DNA of 64,000 bases from Candidatus Microbacterium stercoravium (GCA_019117025.1 DXAM01000140.1:49092-113091), one strand, 5' to 3'; numbered from the stretch's first letter, positions 1 to 9,790 are shown. Made by a program: numbers and translations. Notes: generated by a model not told the origin, from the sequence alone.

Positions 1-1538
1 CGCCGGAGGCGCCGTCTCGTCGGCGGGTTCATCGGCGGGCTCGCCGTTCTGCTGCCGCTGCAGCATCTCGACGACCTCGTCGTACTCGGGAGCGTTCATG
101 AACCCGCCCACGGAGACATGGATCGCATCGGGTTCGTTCTGCTTCGCCCGATCGGTGAGCTGCGCCTGCGTGATCACGAGGTCGGCGGTTCCGTCGAGGT
201 TCGCGATCGACTTGTTCGTGACCGTGACGCCCGTGATGCCCGCTTCCTTCACCTTCTTGCGCAGCACTCCCGCGCCCATGGCGGAGGAACCCATGCCGGC
301 GTCGCACGCGAAGATGACCTTCTCGATCGTCTTCGTCGCGGTCGTGGTCGCGTTCGCGGCCATGCCCGAGAGGAAATCGGACTTCTTGCCCTTGTTCCTC
401 TCGGTCTGGGCGACGGCCGCCCCGAACCTGTCGCCCGCAGCGAGGTCGCGCTTGCGGCTCGCGCGGAGGATCACGGCCGCGATCACGAACGTCACGGCGG
501 CCGAGATGAGCACCGCGAGGATGATGCCGAGGTAGTCGCTGCCGGGCGTCTGGATCATCACGGCGATGATCGACCCGGGCGCCGCCGGCGCGCGCAGGCC
601 GGTGTCGAAGAGCGCGTTGGTCGCGACGCCCGACATGCCGCCGGCGATCACGGCGATGAGCAGCGACGGCTTCATGAGCACGTACGGGAAGTAGACCTCG
701 TGGATGCCGCCGAAGAAGTGGATGATCGCCGCACCCGGTGCCGAGCCCTTCGCCGCACCGACGCCGAAGAAGGTGAAGGCGAGCAGCAGGCCGAGACCGA
801 CGCCGGGATTCGCCTCGAGCAGGAACAGGATCGACTTGCCCTGGTCCGTCGCCTCGATCGTGCCGAGCGGCGTGAGCACGCCGTGGTTGATGGCGTTGTT
901 CAGGAAGAACACCTTGGCCGGCTCGATCAGGATGCTCGTGAGCGGCAGCAGGCTGTGGCTCACGAGGAACTCGACGGCCGACGACAGGACGCCTGTGATC
1001 CAGTTCACGATCTGCGCCAGCACATAGAACGAGAAGATCGCGGCGAGGAAGCCGAGGATTCCGGCCGAGAACATGTTGACCAGCATCTCGAAGCCGGCCT
1101 TGATCTTGCCCTCCCAGAGGGCATCGAGCTTCTTGATGAGCCAGGCCGCGAGCGGACCCATGATCATCGCGCCGAGGAACATATGGATCTGGCCGAGACC
1201 GCCCTCGCCTTCGGCATTCGCCGCGGCGATGAGCAGGTCGCTGCCGGCGATCGCACCCATCGTCGCGATGACGCCCACGACGCCGCCGCGCTTGTCGTAG
1301 ATCATGAAGCCGCCGGTGTAGGCGATGATCAGCGGCAGCAGGTAGTGGATCATCGGGTCGACGATCGTCGACAGGTCGGCGTTCGGCGTCCAGCCCTTCT
1401 CGATGAAGAACGCCGTGAACAGGCCCCACGCGACGAGCGCGGGAATGTTGGGCATGACCATGCCCGACATGAACGAACCGATCTTCTGGATGAAGACCCG
1501 GAACCCGCCCGGGGCCTTCGTTGCTGTGTCGGTAGACA
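1..1538 (-). CDS. mtlA: PTS mannitol-specific EIICB(A) component, 3' end runs off the left edge
   Basis: Absent from the ORF track because no stop lies in the window. My minus-strand translation from ATG 1538 gives MSTDTATKAPGGFRVFIQKIGSFMSGMVMPNIPALVAWGLFTAFFIEKGW, matching the E. coli MtlA N-terminus ([21 protein letters not shown]). Near the edge it gives KVIFACDAGMGSSAMGAGVLRKKVKEAG, the EIIB-Mtl phosphocysteine loop. Confidence 0.9.
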
Positions 1539-1561
1539 TGGTGATTCCTTGGGTGAGAGGG

Positions 1562-3217
1562 TTACGCCGCGGCTCGCGCCGCCGCCTTCGCGCCGTCGGC
1601 ATTGCCGGTCGCGAGGGCCGCCAGCGCGATGCGCTGGGCGTCTTCGAGGGTGTGCTTCAGGAGTTCGGCGCGCACGTCAGCGAGCGCCGAGGGGGACATC
1701 GACAGGGTGTCGACGCCGAGGCCGACGAGAACGACGGCGAGCAGGGGATCGGCGGCGGCTTCGCCGCACACCCCCACAGGCTTGTCGTTCTCCCGGCCGC
1801 CGTCGGCGACTGACTTGATCAGCCGCAGCGCGGCGGGGTGCCAGGGGCTCTGCAGGTGCGCGACCGACCCGAGCAGTCGGTCGGCGGCCATCGTGTACTG
1901 CACGAGGTCGTTGGTTCCGATCGACGCGAAGTCGGCGATCTTCAGGATCTGATCGGCGAGCAGGGCGGCCGAGGGAACCTCGACCATGACGCCGGTCGTC
2001 TTCAGGCCGAGCTCGCTCGCGAGACCCATGAAGTATTCGGTCTCGTCGATCGTCGCGATCATGGGCGCCATGACCCACAGATCGGCGTCGGTCTCGGCAT
2101 CGGCCTGCGCCAGCGCGGTCAGCTGGTCGCGCAGGATGTCCTCGTGGAAGGAGAGCGCGCGGATCCCGCGGCGGCCGAGCGCCGGGTTCTCCTCGCCCTC
2201 GTCGGTGAGGAACGGCAGCGGCTTGTCGGCGCCCGCATCGAGCACGCGCACGACCACCTTCTGCCCGGGGAAGGCCCGCAGCAGATCGGCATAGCTCTTC
2301 TTCTGGCTCTCCACTGACGGTGCCTCGTCGTTCGAGAGGAACAGGAACTCGGTGCGGAACAGGCCCACACCCTCGGCTCCGAGCTCGACCGCTTCCGCGG
2401 CGCCCTCCGGGTTTCCGAGGTTCGCGAGCAGCGGGACGAGCGTGCCGTCGGAGAGGGCGCCCGGCGTGATCGGGGCCGCCTGGGCGGCGGCCCGGTCGTC
2501 GGCGCGCTTCGTCGCCTCGGCGAGCTGCTGCTCGGTCGGGTCGGTGATGACGACGTCGCCCTCGGCATCGACGATGACCACCTGGTCGTCGACGAGCCCG
2601 GTGGATCCCGTGCCCACGACCGCGACGATGCCCTTCTCGCGGGCGAGGATCGCCGTGTGCGACGTGGGCCCGCCCTCGGTCGTGACGACGGCCAGCACCT
2701 GATCGAGGTCGAGCAGCGCCGTGTCGGCGGGCGCGAGGTCCTCGGCCACGAGCACGAATGGATGGCCGGGCTCGGGCACGCCCGGCGCCGCGACGCCCCG
2801 CAGCTGCGCGATGACGCGCTGCGCGACGTCCGCGAGGTCCGCGGCGCGCTCGCCGAGGTAGCCGCCGAGTTCCTTGAGCTGCTCGGCGAACTCATCGAAG
2901 GCGGTGTAGACGGCGTACTCGCCCGTCGCGCCGGCATCGATCTTCTCGTGGACCGTCTCTTCGAGCGTCGGGTCCTCGGCCATCATGGCCTGCGCCTCGA
3001 GCACGTCCTGGGCGGATCCGCCCGCGCGCTCGCCGCGCGCGTTCAGCTCGGCGGCGGTGGCCGAGATCGCCTCGGCGACGGCCTGCTTCTCCTCGTCGGG
3101 CGTGCGCGTCGACGGCGCGTCGCTCGGCGGCTCGAGGCCGGCGGCCATCGTGGCGACGGGACCGTGGGCGATGCCCAGTCCGATTCCGGTTCCCTTGATC
3201 TCGGCCACGCCGATCAC
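1562..3217 (-). CDS. ptsI: Phosphoenolpyruvate-protein phosphotransferase (PTS enzyme I)
   Basis: 551-aa ORF containing TTEGGPTSHTAILAREKGI (active-site His region) and GTNDLVQYTMAADR. The GTG start overlaps the ptsH stop (GTGA at 3214-3217). Confidence 0.93.
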   Translation of the reverse strand: MIGVAEIKGTGIGLGIAHGPVATMAAGLEPPSDAPSTRTPDEEKQAVAEAISATAAELNARGERAGGSAQDVLEAQAMMAEDPTLEETVHEKIDAGATGEYAVYTAFDEFAEQLKELGGYLGERAADLADVAQRVIAQLRGVAAPGVPEPGHPFVLVAEDLAPADTALLDLDQVLAVVTTEGGPTSHTAILAREKGIVAVVGTGSTGLVDDQVVIVDAEGDVVITDPTEQQLAEATKRADDRAAAQAAPITPGALSDGTLVPLLANLGNPEGAAEAVELGAEGVGLFRTEFLFLSNDEAPSVESQKKSYADLLRAFPGQKVVVRVLDAGADKPLPFLTDEGEENPALGRRGIRALSFHEDILRDQLTALAQADAETDADLWVMAPMIATIDETEYFMGLASELGLKTTGVMVEVPSAALLADQILKIADFASIGTNDLVQYTMAADRLLGSVAHLQSPWHPAALRLIKSVADGGRENDKPVGVCGEAAADPLLAVVLVGLGVDTLSMSPSALADVRAELLKHTLEDAQRIALAALATGNADGAKAAARAAA

Positions 3218-3480
3218 GCGTCCTGGTCGGTCTCGAGCATGCCGGCGAGCTGGTCGAGCACGCCCTCCGCGCCGTCGCCCTCGACCGAGAGCGTCACGAC
3301 GTCGCCCGTGTTCGCACCCAGCGAGATGACACCGAGGATGCTCGCGGCGTTGACGGCCTTGCCGTCGACCTTCGCGATGGTCACGTCGAGTCCGGACTCC
3401 TTCGCGGCGGCGCTGAACAGCTTCGCCGGGCGCGCGTGCAGGCCGTGCGAGCTGGCGATGGTGACGGTGCGAGTAGCCAT
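3214..3480 (-). CDS. ptsH: Phosphocarrier protein HPr
   Basis: 88 aa. MATRTVTIASSHGLHARPAKLF carries the HPr His-15 signature. Confidence 0.93.
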   Translation of the reverse strand: MATRTVTIASSHGLHARPAKLFSAAAKESGLDVTIAKVDGKAVNAASILGVISLGANTGDVVTLSVEGDGAEGVLDQLAGMLETDQDA

Positions 3481-3507
3481 GGTGTGTTCCTTTCGAGGGG
3501 TGGATCC

Positions 3508-3819
3508 TCAGCGGATCCGGGGAATGAGCTCGCGCACGATCCCGAGGGCGATCGTGCCCTCGCGGTCGTGCGCGATATCGGCCGGGAGAACGGCAGCGGG
3601 AACGCCCCGTGCCCGCGCGTGCGCGTGCACGGAATCGAGAGCGTCGCCCACGTGGGATCCGACGAGCACCGCGTCAGCGGAGCCCATCATCTCGGCGGAC
3701 GCCGCCAGCGACGAGGCGCAGGCATCGAGCTCGAGGCCGACCGCCTTCGCGGCACGGCGAAGGCGCGTCGCGACGAATGTGCTCGAAGCGCCGGCGCCAC
3801 AGATCACGATGATCCTCAT
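3508..3819 (-). CDS. Small PTS EIIB subunit (lactose/cellobiose-type IIB fold)
   Basis: Internal ATG at 3819 is preceded by GGAGAAGGAG. MRIIVICGAGASSTFVATRL matches the PTS_IIB Cys loop. The longer track ORF (to 3912) adds a non-conserved Arg-rich extension. Confidence 0.75.
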   Translation of the reverse strand: MRIIVICGAGASSTFVATRLRRAAKAVGLELDACASSLAASAEMMGSADAVLVGSHVGDALDSVHAHARARGVPAAVLPADIAHDREGTIALGIVRELIPRIR

Positions 3820-3824
3820 CGATT

Positions 3825-3903
3825 CACGTCTCCTTCTCCCCATCATCCTGTTCCTGTCGGGGCCGGAAGGCAATGGAGACGTGTTTCCGCCCTCTGCGGA
3901 AAC
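3825..3903. promoter_or_regulatory. Nested perfect inverted repeats in the divergent PTS/regulator control region
   Basis: CACGTCTCC (3825-3833) pairs with GGAGACGTG (3875-3883). GTTTCCGC (3883-3890) pairs with GCGGAAAC (3896-3903) across a 5-nt loop. The promoter-proximal arm overlaps the EIIB Shine-Dalgarno. Confidence 0.4.
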
Positions 3904-3920
3904 CGGCCCCACAAGGGTGA

Positions 3921-5867
3921 TTGACTGGACGGGTGACCCGAAGACGACATGCGCGCATGCTCGGCATTCTGATGCGCCGATCCGACTGGGTCACCGCCGC
4001 GTACCTCGCCGATCACCTCGGCGTGACCCCGCGCAGCGTGCGCAGCTACGTCACGGCGATCAACCGCTCGGCGCCCAGCGGCGACGCGATCGAGTCGGGG
4101 CCGCTCGGATATCGCGCGACACCGAGCGCCGCTCACGTCGAGCTGGGCGACGCCGACTCCGCCCGCGACGCGCCGCGCGAGCGGGTGCGGGCGCTCGCGC
4201 GGCAGCTGCTCTCGTCCGACCACGGCGTCGACGTGTTCGAGGCCGCGCTCGAGCTGCACGTCTCGCCCGGCACGATCGAGGCCGACCTCCGCCGGATCCG
4301 GTCGGCGCTCATCGCCGCCGACCTCGAGGTGCGCCGGGAGGCCGCCGTCGTCTCGATCGAGGGGAGCGAGCTCGCGAAGCGGCGCTTCGTGAGCCGCCTC
4401 GCGCACGACCACACGGAGGACGGCGGCGAGCAGCTCGCCGCGCAGCGCCTCGCTGAGTGGACCGGGCTCGAGGCAGCCGCATTCGCCGGGGCGGGGCGCG
4501 AGCTGATCGATGCGCTGTCGGCGCGCGGCTATGCCGTGAACGAGCTCGCGGTCGCCGACGTCGTGCTGCACGTGGCCATCGCGGCCGACCGCACGGCGCA
4601 GGGGCATCCGCTGCCCGCGCCCGAGTCGTCGTCGACCGAGCGCGCCCCCCTCGCCGCCGCGATCGGAGGAATCGCCCGGGAGCGGTTCGGCATCGCGCTC
4701 GGCGCCGGAGACCTCGCCCACCTCGCCTCGCTCGTGATGCTCTCGCTCGTCGATCCCTCCTCGGCCGACGCCGAGCGGGGAAGGCGCCCGGATCCGACGG
4801 TCGAGCGCGCCGTCGCGTCCGCGGTCGCGCGTGTGGCGGCGACGTACGGCGCCGATCTCGTGCAGGACCCGCTCGTCGCGCGGCTGGCCCTGCACGTGGA
4901 GAACCTCGTGCGCCGCGTCGAGGAGCAGCTGCTCTCGCGCAATCCGATGACGCGCTCCATCAAGGCGGCCTCGCCGCTCGTGTTCGAGATGGCCGTGCAG
5001 GTCGCGAGCGACCTGTCGCGAGACCTCGGCACCTCGATCCCCGACGACGAGATCACCGATATCGCGATGCATCTCGGCTCTGCGCTCGAGCTCGACCGCG
5101 AGGCGCGCGCCGTCGTGACGGCCGCGCTCGTGTGCCCCGGAATCGACGAGATGCGGCGCCAGCTCGAGCGCAGCATCCGTGCCGCGCTGGCAGGCGATAT
5201 CGAGATCGTCGAGCGGTCGACGCGGTACGACCCCGACTGGTCGGCGTTCGGCGCCGACCTCGTGCTCACGACCATCGAGCCGCCGGCGAACGGTGCGTCC
5301 GAACGCATCGTGCAGATTCCTCCGTTCCTCCTGGAGCGCGACGCGGCCCGCATCGCCGAGGCCGCCCAGCGCGTGCGTCGGCAGCACCGGCTGACGCAGC
5401 TGCGCGAAGAGATCGAGAGGTGGTTCGTCCCAGGGGCGTTCGTGCGCAATCCCGCCGAGGCCTCCGCCGAGCAGATCATCCGCACGCTCGGCGGATCGCT
5501 CATCGACGCGGGCATCGTCGATGAGCACTACATCGCGAGCGCGCTCGAGCGAGAGGCGCTGAGCTCGACGGCGTTCACCGAATCGCTCGCCGTGCCGCAC
5601 GCCATGACGACGTCGGCCGAGCGCACCGCGATCGCCGTCGCCGTCGCCGAGCACGGCATCGAGTGGGGCGACGACCGCGTCAGCGTCGTGGCGCTCGTGG
5701 CGTTCAGCGAATCGGATCGCCCCGCGTTCCAGACGGTGTTCGAACAGTTCGTCGATGTCTTCGCGGATCCGTCGAACGCGCGCCGCATCACCCGTCGCGC
5801 GGCGGACCTGCCGACCTTCGTCACCGAGCTCGCCGCCCTCATCGAGGGGGACGAGCGGGTCAGGTGA
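3921..5867 (+). CDS. PRD-domain transcriptional regulator, MtlR/BglG-family with C-terminal EIIA(Mtl/Fru)-like domain
   Basis: N-terminal HTH (WVTAAYLADHLGVTPRSVRSYV), central PRD-like repeats, and C-terminal FTESLAVPHAMTTSAERTAIAVAVAEHGIEWGDDRVSVVALVAFSE (EIIA-type His). Start is uncertain: TTG 3921, GTG 3933 or ATG 3957. Confidence 0.8.
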   Translation: MTGRVTRRRHARMLGILMRRSDWVTAAYLADHLGVTPRSVRSYVTAINRSAPSGDAIESGPLGYRATPSAAHVELGDADSARDAPRERVRALARQLLSSDHGVDVFEAALELHVSPGTIEADLRRIRSALIAADLEVRREAAVVSIEGSELAKRRFVSRLAHDHTEDGGEQLAAQRLAEWTGLEAAAFAGAGRELIDALSARGYAVNELAVADVVLHVAIAADRTAQGHPLPAPESSSTERAPLAAAIGGIARERFGIALGAGDLAHLASLVMLSLVDPSSADAERGRRPDPTVERAVASAVARVAATYGADLVQDPLVARLALHVENLVRRVEEQLLSRNPMTRSIKAASPLVFEMAVQVASDLSRDLGTSIPDDEITDIAMHLGSALELDREARAVVTAALVCPGIDEMRRQLERSIRAALAGDIEIVERSTRYDPDWSAFGADLVLTTIEPPANGASERIVQIPPFLLERDAARIAEAAQRVRRQHRLTQLREEIERWFVPGAFVRNPAEASAEQIIRTLGGSLIDAGIVDEHYIASALEREALSSTAFTESLAVPHAMTTSAERTAIAVAVAEHGIEWGDDRVSVVALVAFSESDRPAFQTVFEQFVDVFADPSNARRITRRAADLPTFVTELAALIEGDERVR

Positions 5868-7482
5868 GCAGGACGCGGACGGAGCTCTCGAGCGCGGCGA
5901 GGGCCGCCTGCGCGCCCTCGGCCGATCCGCCGCGCACGTCGAGGTAGGCCTTGAGCTTCGGCTCCGTGCCGCTCGGGCGGAAGATCACCCGGCCGCCGTC
6001 GGCGAGCAGGAACCGCAGGATGTCGCCCGACGGGCCGCCATCCGCGGGCTCCAGCAGGTCGTCGGCACGGGCGACTGCGACCTCGCCGAACGCTGCCGGC
6101 GGGTTCGCCCGCAGGCGCGCCATGGTGGAGCCGATGATCGACAGATCCTCGACCCGGATCGACACCTGACCGCTCGCGAAGTACCCGATCTCGTCCGCCA
6201 GATCATCGAGCAGATCGACGAGCGTGCGCCCCTCGGCCCGTGCCTCGGCCGCGAGGCCGAGCACCGCGACGGCGGCCGAGATGCCGTCCTTGTCGCGCAC
6301 CGTCTGCGGGTTCACGAGATAGCCGAGCGCCTCTTCGTAGCCGAAGACCATGTCGGGCGCGCGCGAGATCCACTTGAATCCCGTGAGCGTCTCGTGCCAG
6401 TCGAGGCCGTGCAGGCGGGCGATCTCGCCGAGCCCGGGCGACGAGACGAGCGAACAGGCGAGCGACCCGGATCCGCCCGCGGCGCGCGCGGCACGGTCGC
6501 CGAGCAGCAGACCGACCTCGTTGCCCGTGAGACGGCGCCATCCGCCCGGCGCGGGAACCGCCACCGCCACCCGGTCGGCGTCGGGATCGTTGGCGATGAC
6601 GAACTCGGCGCCCACGGCCTCCGCGGCGGCGAACGACAGGTCCATCGCGCCTGGCTCTTCGGGATTCGGGAACGCCACCGTGGGGAAGGCGGCATCGGGT
6701 GAGATCTGCTCGGACACGACTGTCGGCTCGGGATAGCCGGCACGGTCGACGACGGCCCGCAGCGTCTCCCACCCCACGCCGTGCATCGCCGTGTAGACCC
6801 AGCGCATGCCCGCCGCATCCTCGGGCGCGGGCGACACCTCGGCGGTCGCCGCGACGTACGCCTCGACGACCTCGTCGTCGGCGATCCGGTAGCGGTCGGA
6901 CCGTTCGAGGGCGCTGATGGACCCCGCCGCGACCTCGTCGATGCACGCGGCGATCTCGGCGTCGGCGGGCGACACGATCTGCGCGCCGCCGTCGGCGCCG
7001 CCGAGATACACCTTGTAGCCGTTGTCGTTCGGCGGATTGTGGCTGGCCGTGACCATGACGCCCGCGTCGGCGCCGAAGTAGCGCACCGCGAACGCCAGCA
7101 CCGGCGTGGGCAGCATGCGCGGCAGCAGGATCGCGTCGATCCCCGCGCCCTGGAACAGCTCGGCGGAGTCGCGTGCGAACACGGCGGAGTTCTTGCGCCC
7201 GTCGTAGCCGATGACGACGACCGGGCGGTCCGACCGCGCGAGCAGGTACTGAGCGAAGCCGGCAGCCGCCTGGGCGACGAGCACACGGTTCATGCGCATG
7301 GGGCCGGCGCCGAGCGCACCGCGCAGCCCGGCGGTGCCGAACTGCAGGCGGCCCGCGAACCGCGCGTCGAGGTCCGCCTGCGCGGCCGGATCCCCGGCGC
7401 CGGCGGCCTCGGCGAGCGCGGTGAGCTCGGCGCGCGTCTCGGGATCCGGATCCTGCTCCCGCCACGCCTGCCACGGCGCCAT
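5860..7482 (-). CDS. Phospho-sugar mutase (phosphomannomutase/phosphoglucomutase/phosphopentomutase superfamily)
   Basis: MAPWQAWREQDPDPETRAEL start at ATG 7482, with active-site loop GVMVTASHNPPNDNGYKVY. The start shares 1 nt with the PNP stop (TGATG). The 773-aa track ORF is an out-of-frame extension across the PNP gene. Confidence 0.88.
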   Translation of the reverse strand: MAPWQAWREQDPDPETRAELTALAEAAGAGDPAAQADLDARFAGRLQFGTAGLRGALGAGPMRMNRVLVAQAAAGFAQYLLARSDRPVVVIGYDGRKNSAVFARDSAELFQGAGIDAILLPRMLPTPVLAFAVRYFGADAGVMVTASHNPPNDNGYKVYLGGADGGAQIVSPADAEIAACIDEVAAGSISALERSDRYRIADDEVVEAYVAATAEVSPAPEDAAGMRWVYTAMHGVGWETLRAVVDRAGYPEPTVVSEQISPDAAFPTVAFPNPEEPGAMDLSFAAAEAVGAEFVIANDPDADRVAVAVPAPGGWRRLTGNEVGLLLGDRAARAAGGSGSLACSLVSSPGLGEIARLHGLDWHETLTGFKWISRAPDMVFGYEEALGYLVNPQTVRDKDGISAAVAVLGLAAEARAEGRTLVDLLDDLADEIGYFASGQVSIRVEDLSIIGSTMARLRANPPAAFGEVAVARADDLLEPADGGPSGDILRFLLADGGRVIFRPSGTEPKLKAYLDVRGGSAEGAQAALAALESSVRVLLT

Positions 7483-8309
7483 CAGAGACGTCCGATCACA
7501 TCGGCCAGCAGCGCGGAGATGCGCGGACCGGCCTCGCGGCCCGCCTCGATGACCTCCTCGTGGCTGAGCGGCGTGGGGGAGATCCCCGCCGCGAGGTTCG
7601 TGATGAGCGAGAAGCCGAGAACCTCCATGCCGGCCTGTCGGGCGGCGATCGCTTCGAGGGCGGTCGACATGCCGACGATGTCGCCGCCGAGCGCACCGAC
7701 CATGCGCACCTCGGCGGGCGTCTCGTACTGCGGCCCGCGCAGCTGCGTGTAGACGCCCTCGTCGAGCGACGGATCCGCCTCGCGCGCGATCTCCCGCAGC
7801 CGAGCCGAGTACAGGTCGGTCATATCGATGAACGCGGCGCCCTCGAGCGGCGTGTCGGAGGTGAGGTTCAGCTGGTCGCTGATGAGCACGGGCTGTCCCG
7901 GGGCCCATGAGGGCTTCAGCCCGCCCGCGCCGTTGGTCAGCACCATCGTGGTGGCCCCGGTCGCGGCGGCCGCGCGCACGCTGTGCACGACCCGCCGCAC
8001 ACCATGGCCCTCGTAGTAGTGGGTGCGCGCGCCGATGACGAGCACGTGGCGCCCGTCGGGCGTGGTCACGCTGCGCAGCGTTCCGACGTGGCCGTCGAGG
8101 GCGGGCGCGGAGAACCCCGTCACCTCGGTGGCGGGAATCGTGGCGACGGTCTCGCCGATGAGATCGGCGGCCTGTCCCCATCCGCTGCCGAGGGTGACGG
8201 CGATGTCGTGGTGTTCGACGCCCGTCAGCCGGGCGATGTCGGCGGCGGCGATGCGGGCGACCTCGAACGGATCGGCGGGGAGGTCGAGAGGATGCGACGG
8301 ATCAGTCAT
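7482..8309 (-). CDS. punA: Purine nucleoside phosphorylase (trimeric PunA type)
   Basis: 275 aa with AVTLGSGWGQAADLIG and VGMSTALEAIAARQAGMEVLGFSLITNLAAG. Confidence 0.9.
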   Translation of the reverse strand: MTDPSHPLDLPADPFEVARIAAADIARLTGVEHHDIAVTLGSGWGQAADLIGETVATIPATEVTGFSAPALDGHVGTLRSVTTPDGRHVLVIGARTHYYEGHGVRRVVHSVRAAAATGATTMVLTNGAGGLKPSWAPGQPVLISDQLNLTSDTPLEGAAFIDMTDLYSARLREIAREADPSLDEGVYTQLRGPQYETPAEVRMVGALGGDIVGMSTALEAIAARQAGMEVLGFSLITNLAAGISPTPLSHEEVIEAGREAGPRISALLADVIGRL

Positions 8310-8315
8310 GCAGAC

Positions 8316-8321
8316 ACGATA
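8316..8321 (-). promoter_or_regulatory. Putative -10 element for a leaderless punA transcript
   Basis: On the minus strand: TATCGT, 6 nt, then ATG 8309. No SD. Confidence 0.4.
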
Positions 8322-8334
8322 TCCGGCGGAGTGG

Positions 8335-8340
8335 AAGAAT
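8335..8340 (+). promoter_or_regulatory. Putative -10 element for a leaderless lpd-like transcript
   Basis: AAGAAT, 7 nt, then ATG 8348. Confidence 0.35.
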
Positions 8341-8347
8341 GGATCGC

Positions 8348-9778
8348 ATGAGTTTCGACTTCGAACGCAAACAGCGCATCGCGATCATCGGCGGCGGCCC
8401 CGGCGGCTACGAGGCGGCGCTCGCGGGCGCTCAGCTCGGAGCTGAGGTGACGATCGTCGAGAGCACGGGCGTGGGCGGATCCGCGGTGCTCACCGATGTC
8501 GTGCCGTCCAAGACGCTCATCGCCACCGCCGACGCGGCTCGCGCGATCGAAGACGCCGGCGATCTGGGCGTGCAGTTCTTCGCGCGCGGCGAGAAGGGCA
8601 AGCCCCTCAAACCCGAGGTGGCGATCAACCTGCTCGCCATCAACAAGCGCATCCTGGCGCTCGCCGGCCAGCAGTCGGAGGACATGCGGGCGCGCCTGAT
8701 CGAGGAGGGCGTCACGATCATCTCGGGTCATGGGCGGCTCGAGGGCGACGACGCGGTCGTCGTGTCGACCGGCCCCGACGGCACCGATTTCGACCGCATC
8801 GAGGCCGACACGATCATCGTGTCGGTGGGCGCATCGCCGCGCGAGCTGCCCACGGCGAAGCCCGACGGCGACCGCATCCTGACATGGAAGCAGATGTACA
8901 ACATGTCGGCGGTGCCCGAGCACCTCATCGTCGTCGGCTCAGGCGTCACGGGCGCCGAGTTCGCCTCGGCGTATATGAACCTCGGCGCCAAGGTCACGCT
9001 GGTCTCCAGCCGCGAGCAGGTGCTGCCCGGCGAAGACGCCGATGCGGCGCGGGTGCTCGAGAACGTGTTCACCCGCGGCGGCATGACGCTGCTCGCGAAG
9101 TCGCGCGCGCAATCGGTCGAGAACACGGGCGACGGCGTCGTCGTGGCGCTGGCCGACGGCTCGTCCGTCGAGGGATCCCACTGCCTGATGGCGGTCGGCG
9201 GGGTGCCGAACACCGAGGGCCTCGGCCTCGAGGACGCGGGCGTGCAGCTCGAGGAGTCGGGCCACATCCGGGTGAACAAGGTCGGCCGCACATCGATCCC
9301 GAACATCTACGCGGTCGGCGACTGCACGAACCTCGTGCCGCTCGCGTCGGTGTCGTCGATGCTGGGGCGCACGGCCGTGTTCCACGCGATGGGCGATTCG
9401 GTGATCCCGTTCTCGAAGCACAAGATCGCCTCGAACATCTTCACCTCGCCCGAGATCGCGACGGTCGGGTTCACGAACGACGCGAAGAACGCGATCGAGA
9501 TCAAGCTCGACCTCGAGGAGAACCCGCGCGCCAAGATGATGGGCATCAAGGACGGGTTCGTGAAGCTGTTCGCCCGCAACCTGTCGGGCACCGTCGTCGG
9601 CGGCGTCGTCATCGCGCCGAAGGCGAGCGAGCTGATCTTCCCGATCGCCATGGCGGTCGAGCGCCGCCTCACGGTCGACCAGGTCGCGCGCGTGTTCACG
9701 GCGTACCCGTCGCTCGCCGGGTCCATCACGGATGCGGCGCGCGCCATGCACGGAATCTCCACGCGCGGCGAGGAGTAG
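8348..9778 (+). CDS. NAD(P)H dehydrogenase (quinone)/dihydrolipoyl dehydrogenase-family flavoprotein (Mtb LpdA Rv3303c-like)
   Basis: RIAIIGGGPGGYEAALAGAQLGAEVTIVE Rossmann motif, a second NAD motif LIVVGSGVTGAEFA, and a pyridine-nucleotide disulfide oxidoreductase C-terminus. The track start is 8339; 8348 is preferred from the -10 spacing. Confidence 0.85.
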   Translation: MSFDFERKQRIAIIGGGPGGYEAALAGAQLGAEVTIVESTGVGGSAVLTDVVPSKTLIATADAARAIEDAGDLGVQFFARGEKGKPLKPEVAINLLAINKRILALAGQQSEDMRARLIEEGVTIISGHGRLEGDDAVVVSTGPDGTDFDRIEADTIIVSVGASPRELPTAKPDGDRILTWKQMYNMSAVPEHLIVVGSGVTGAEFASAYMNLGAKVTLVSSREQVLPGEDADAARVLENVFTRGGMTLLAKSRAQSVENTGDGVVVALADGSSVEGSHCLMAVGGVPNTEGLGLEDAGVQLEESGHIRVNKVGRTSIPNIYAVGDCTNLVPLASVSSMLGRTAVFHAMGDSVIPFSKHKIASNIFTSPEIATVGFTNDAKNAIEIKLDLEENPRAKMMGIKDGFVKLFARNLSGTVVGGVVIAPKASELIFPIAMAVERRLTVDQVARVFTAYPSLAGSITDAARAMHGISTRGEE

Positions 9779-9790
9779 GCCGCACACGTA

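Noticed and set aside
29-1818. Long ORFs 29-1429(-) and 118-1818(+) across the first 1.8 kb
   Set aside because: Their translations are Arg/His/Asp/Pro-rich with no motifs. The third minus frame gives a clean MtlA sequence, so these are GC-driven shadow frames.
2657-5654. ORFs 2657-4456(+) 599 aa and 3843-5654(-) 603 aa
   Set aside because: They lie antisense or out of frame to ptsI, ptsH and the PRD regulator, have low-complexity Arg/Gly/Asp composition, and cross real gene boundaries.
5740-5755. SOS-box-like TCGAACAGTTCGTCGA inside the regulator gene
   Set aside because: The right half-site deviates at two core positions (CGTC instead of GTTC), and the site is intragenic near the 3' end.
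5860-8181. 773-aa ORF suggesting a giant mutase fusion
   Set aside because: The N-terminal 232 aa are an Arg-rich alternative frame of the PNP gene. A real ATG at 7482 gives a normal-length mutase coupled to the PNP stop.
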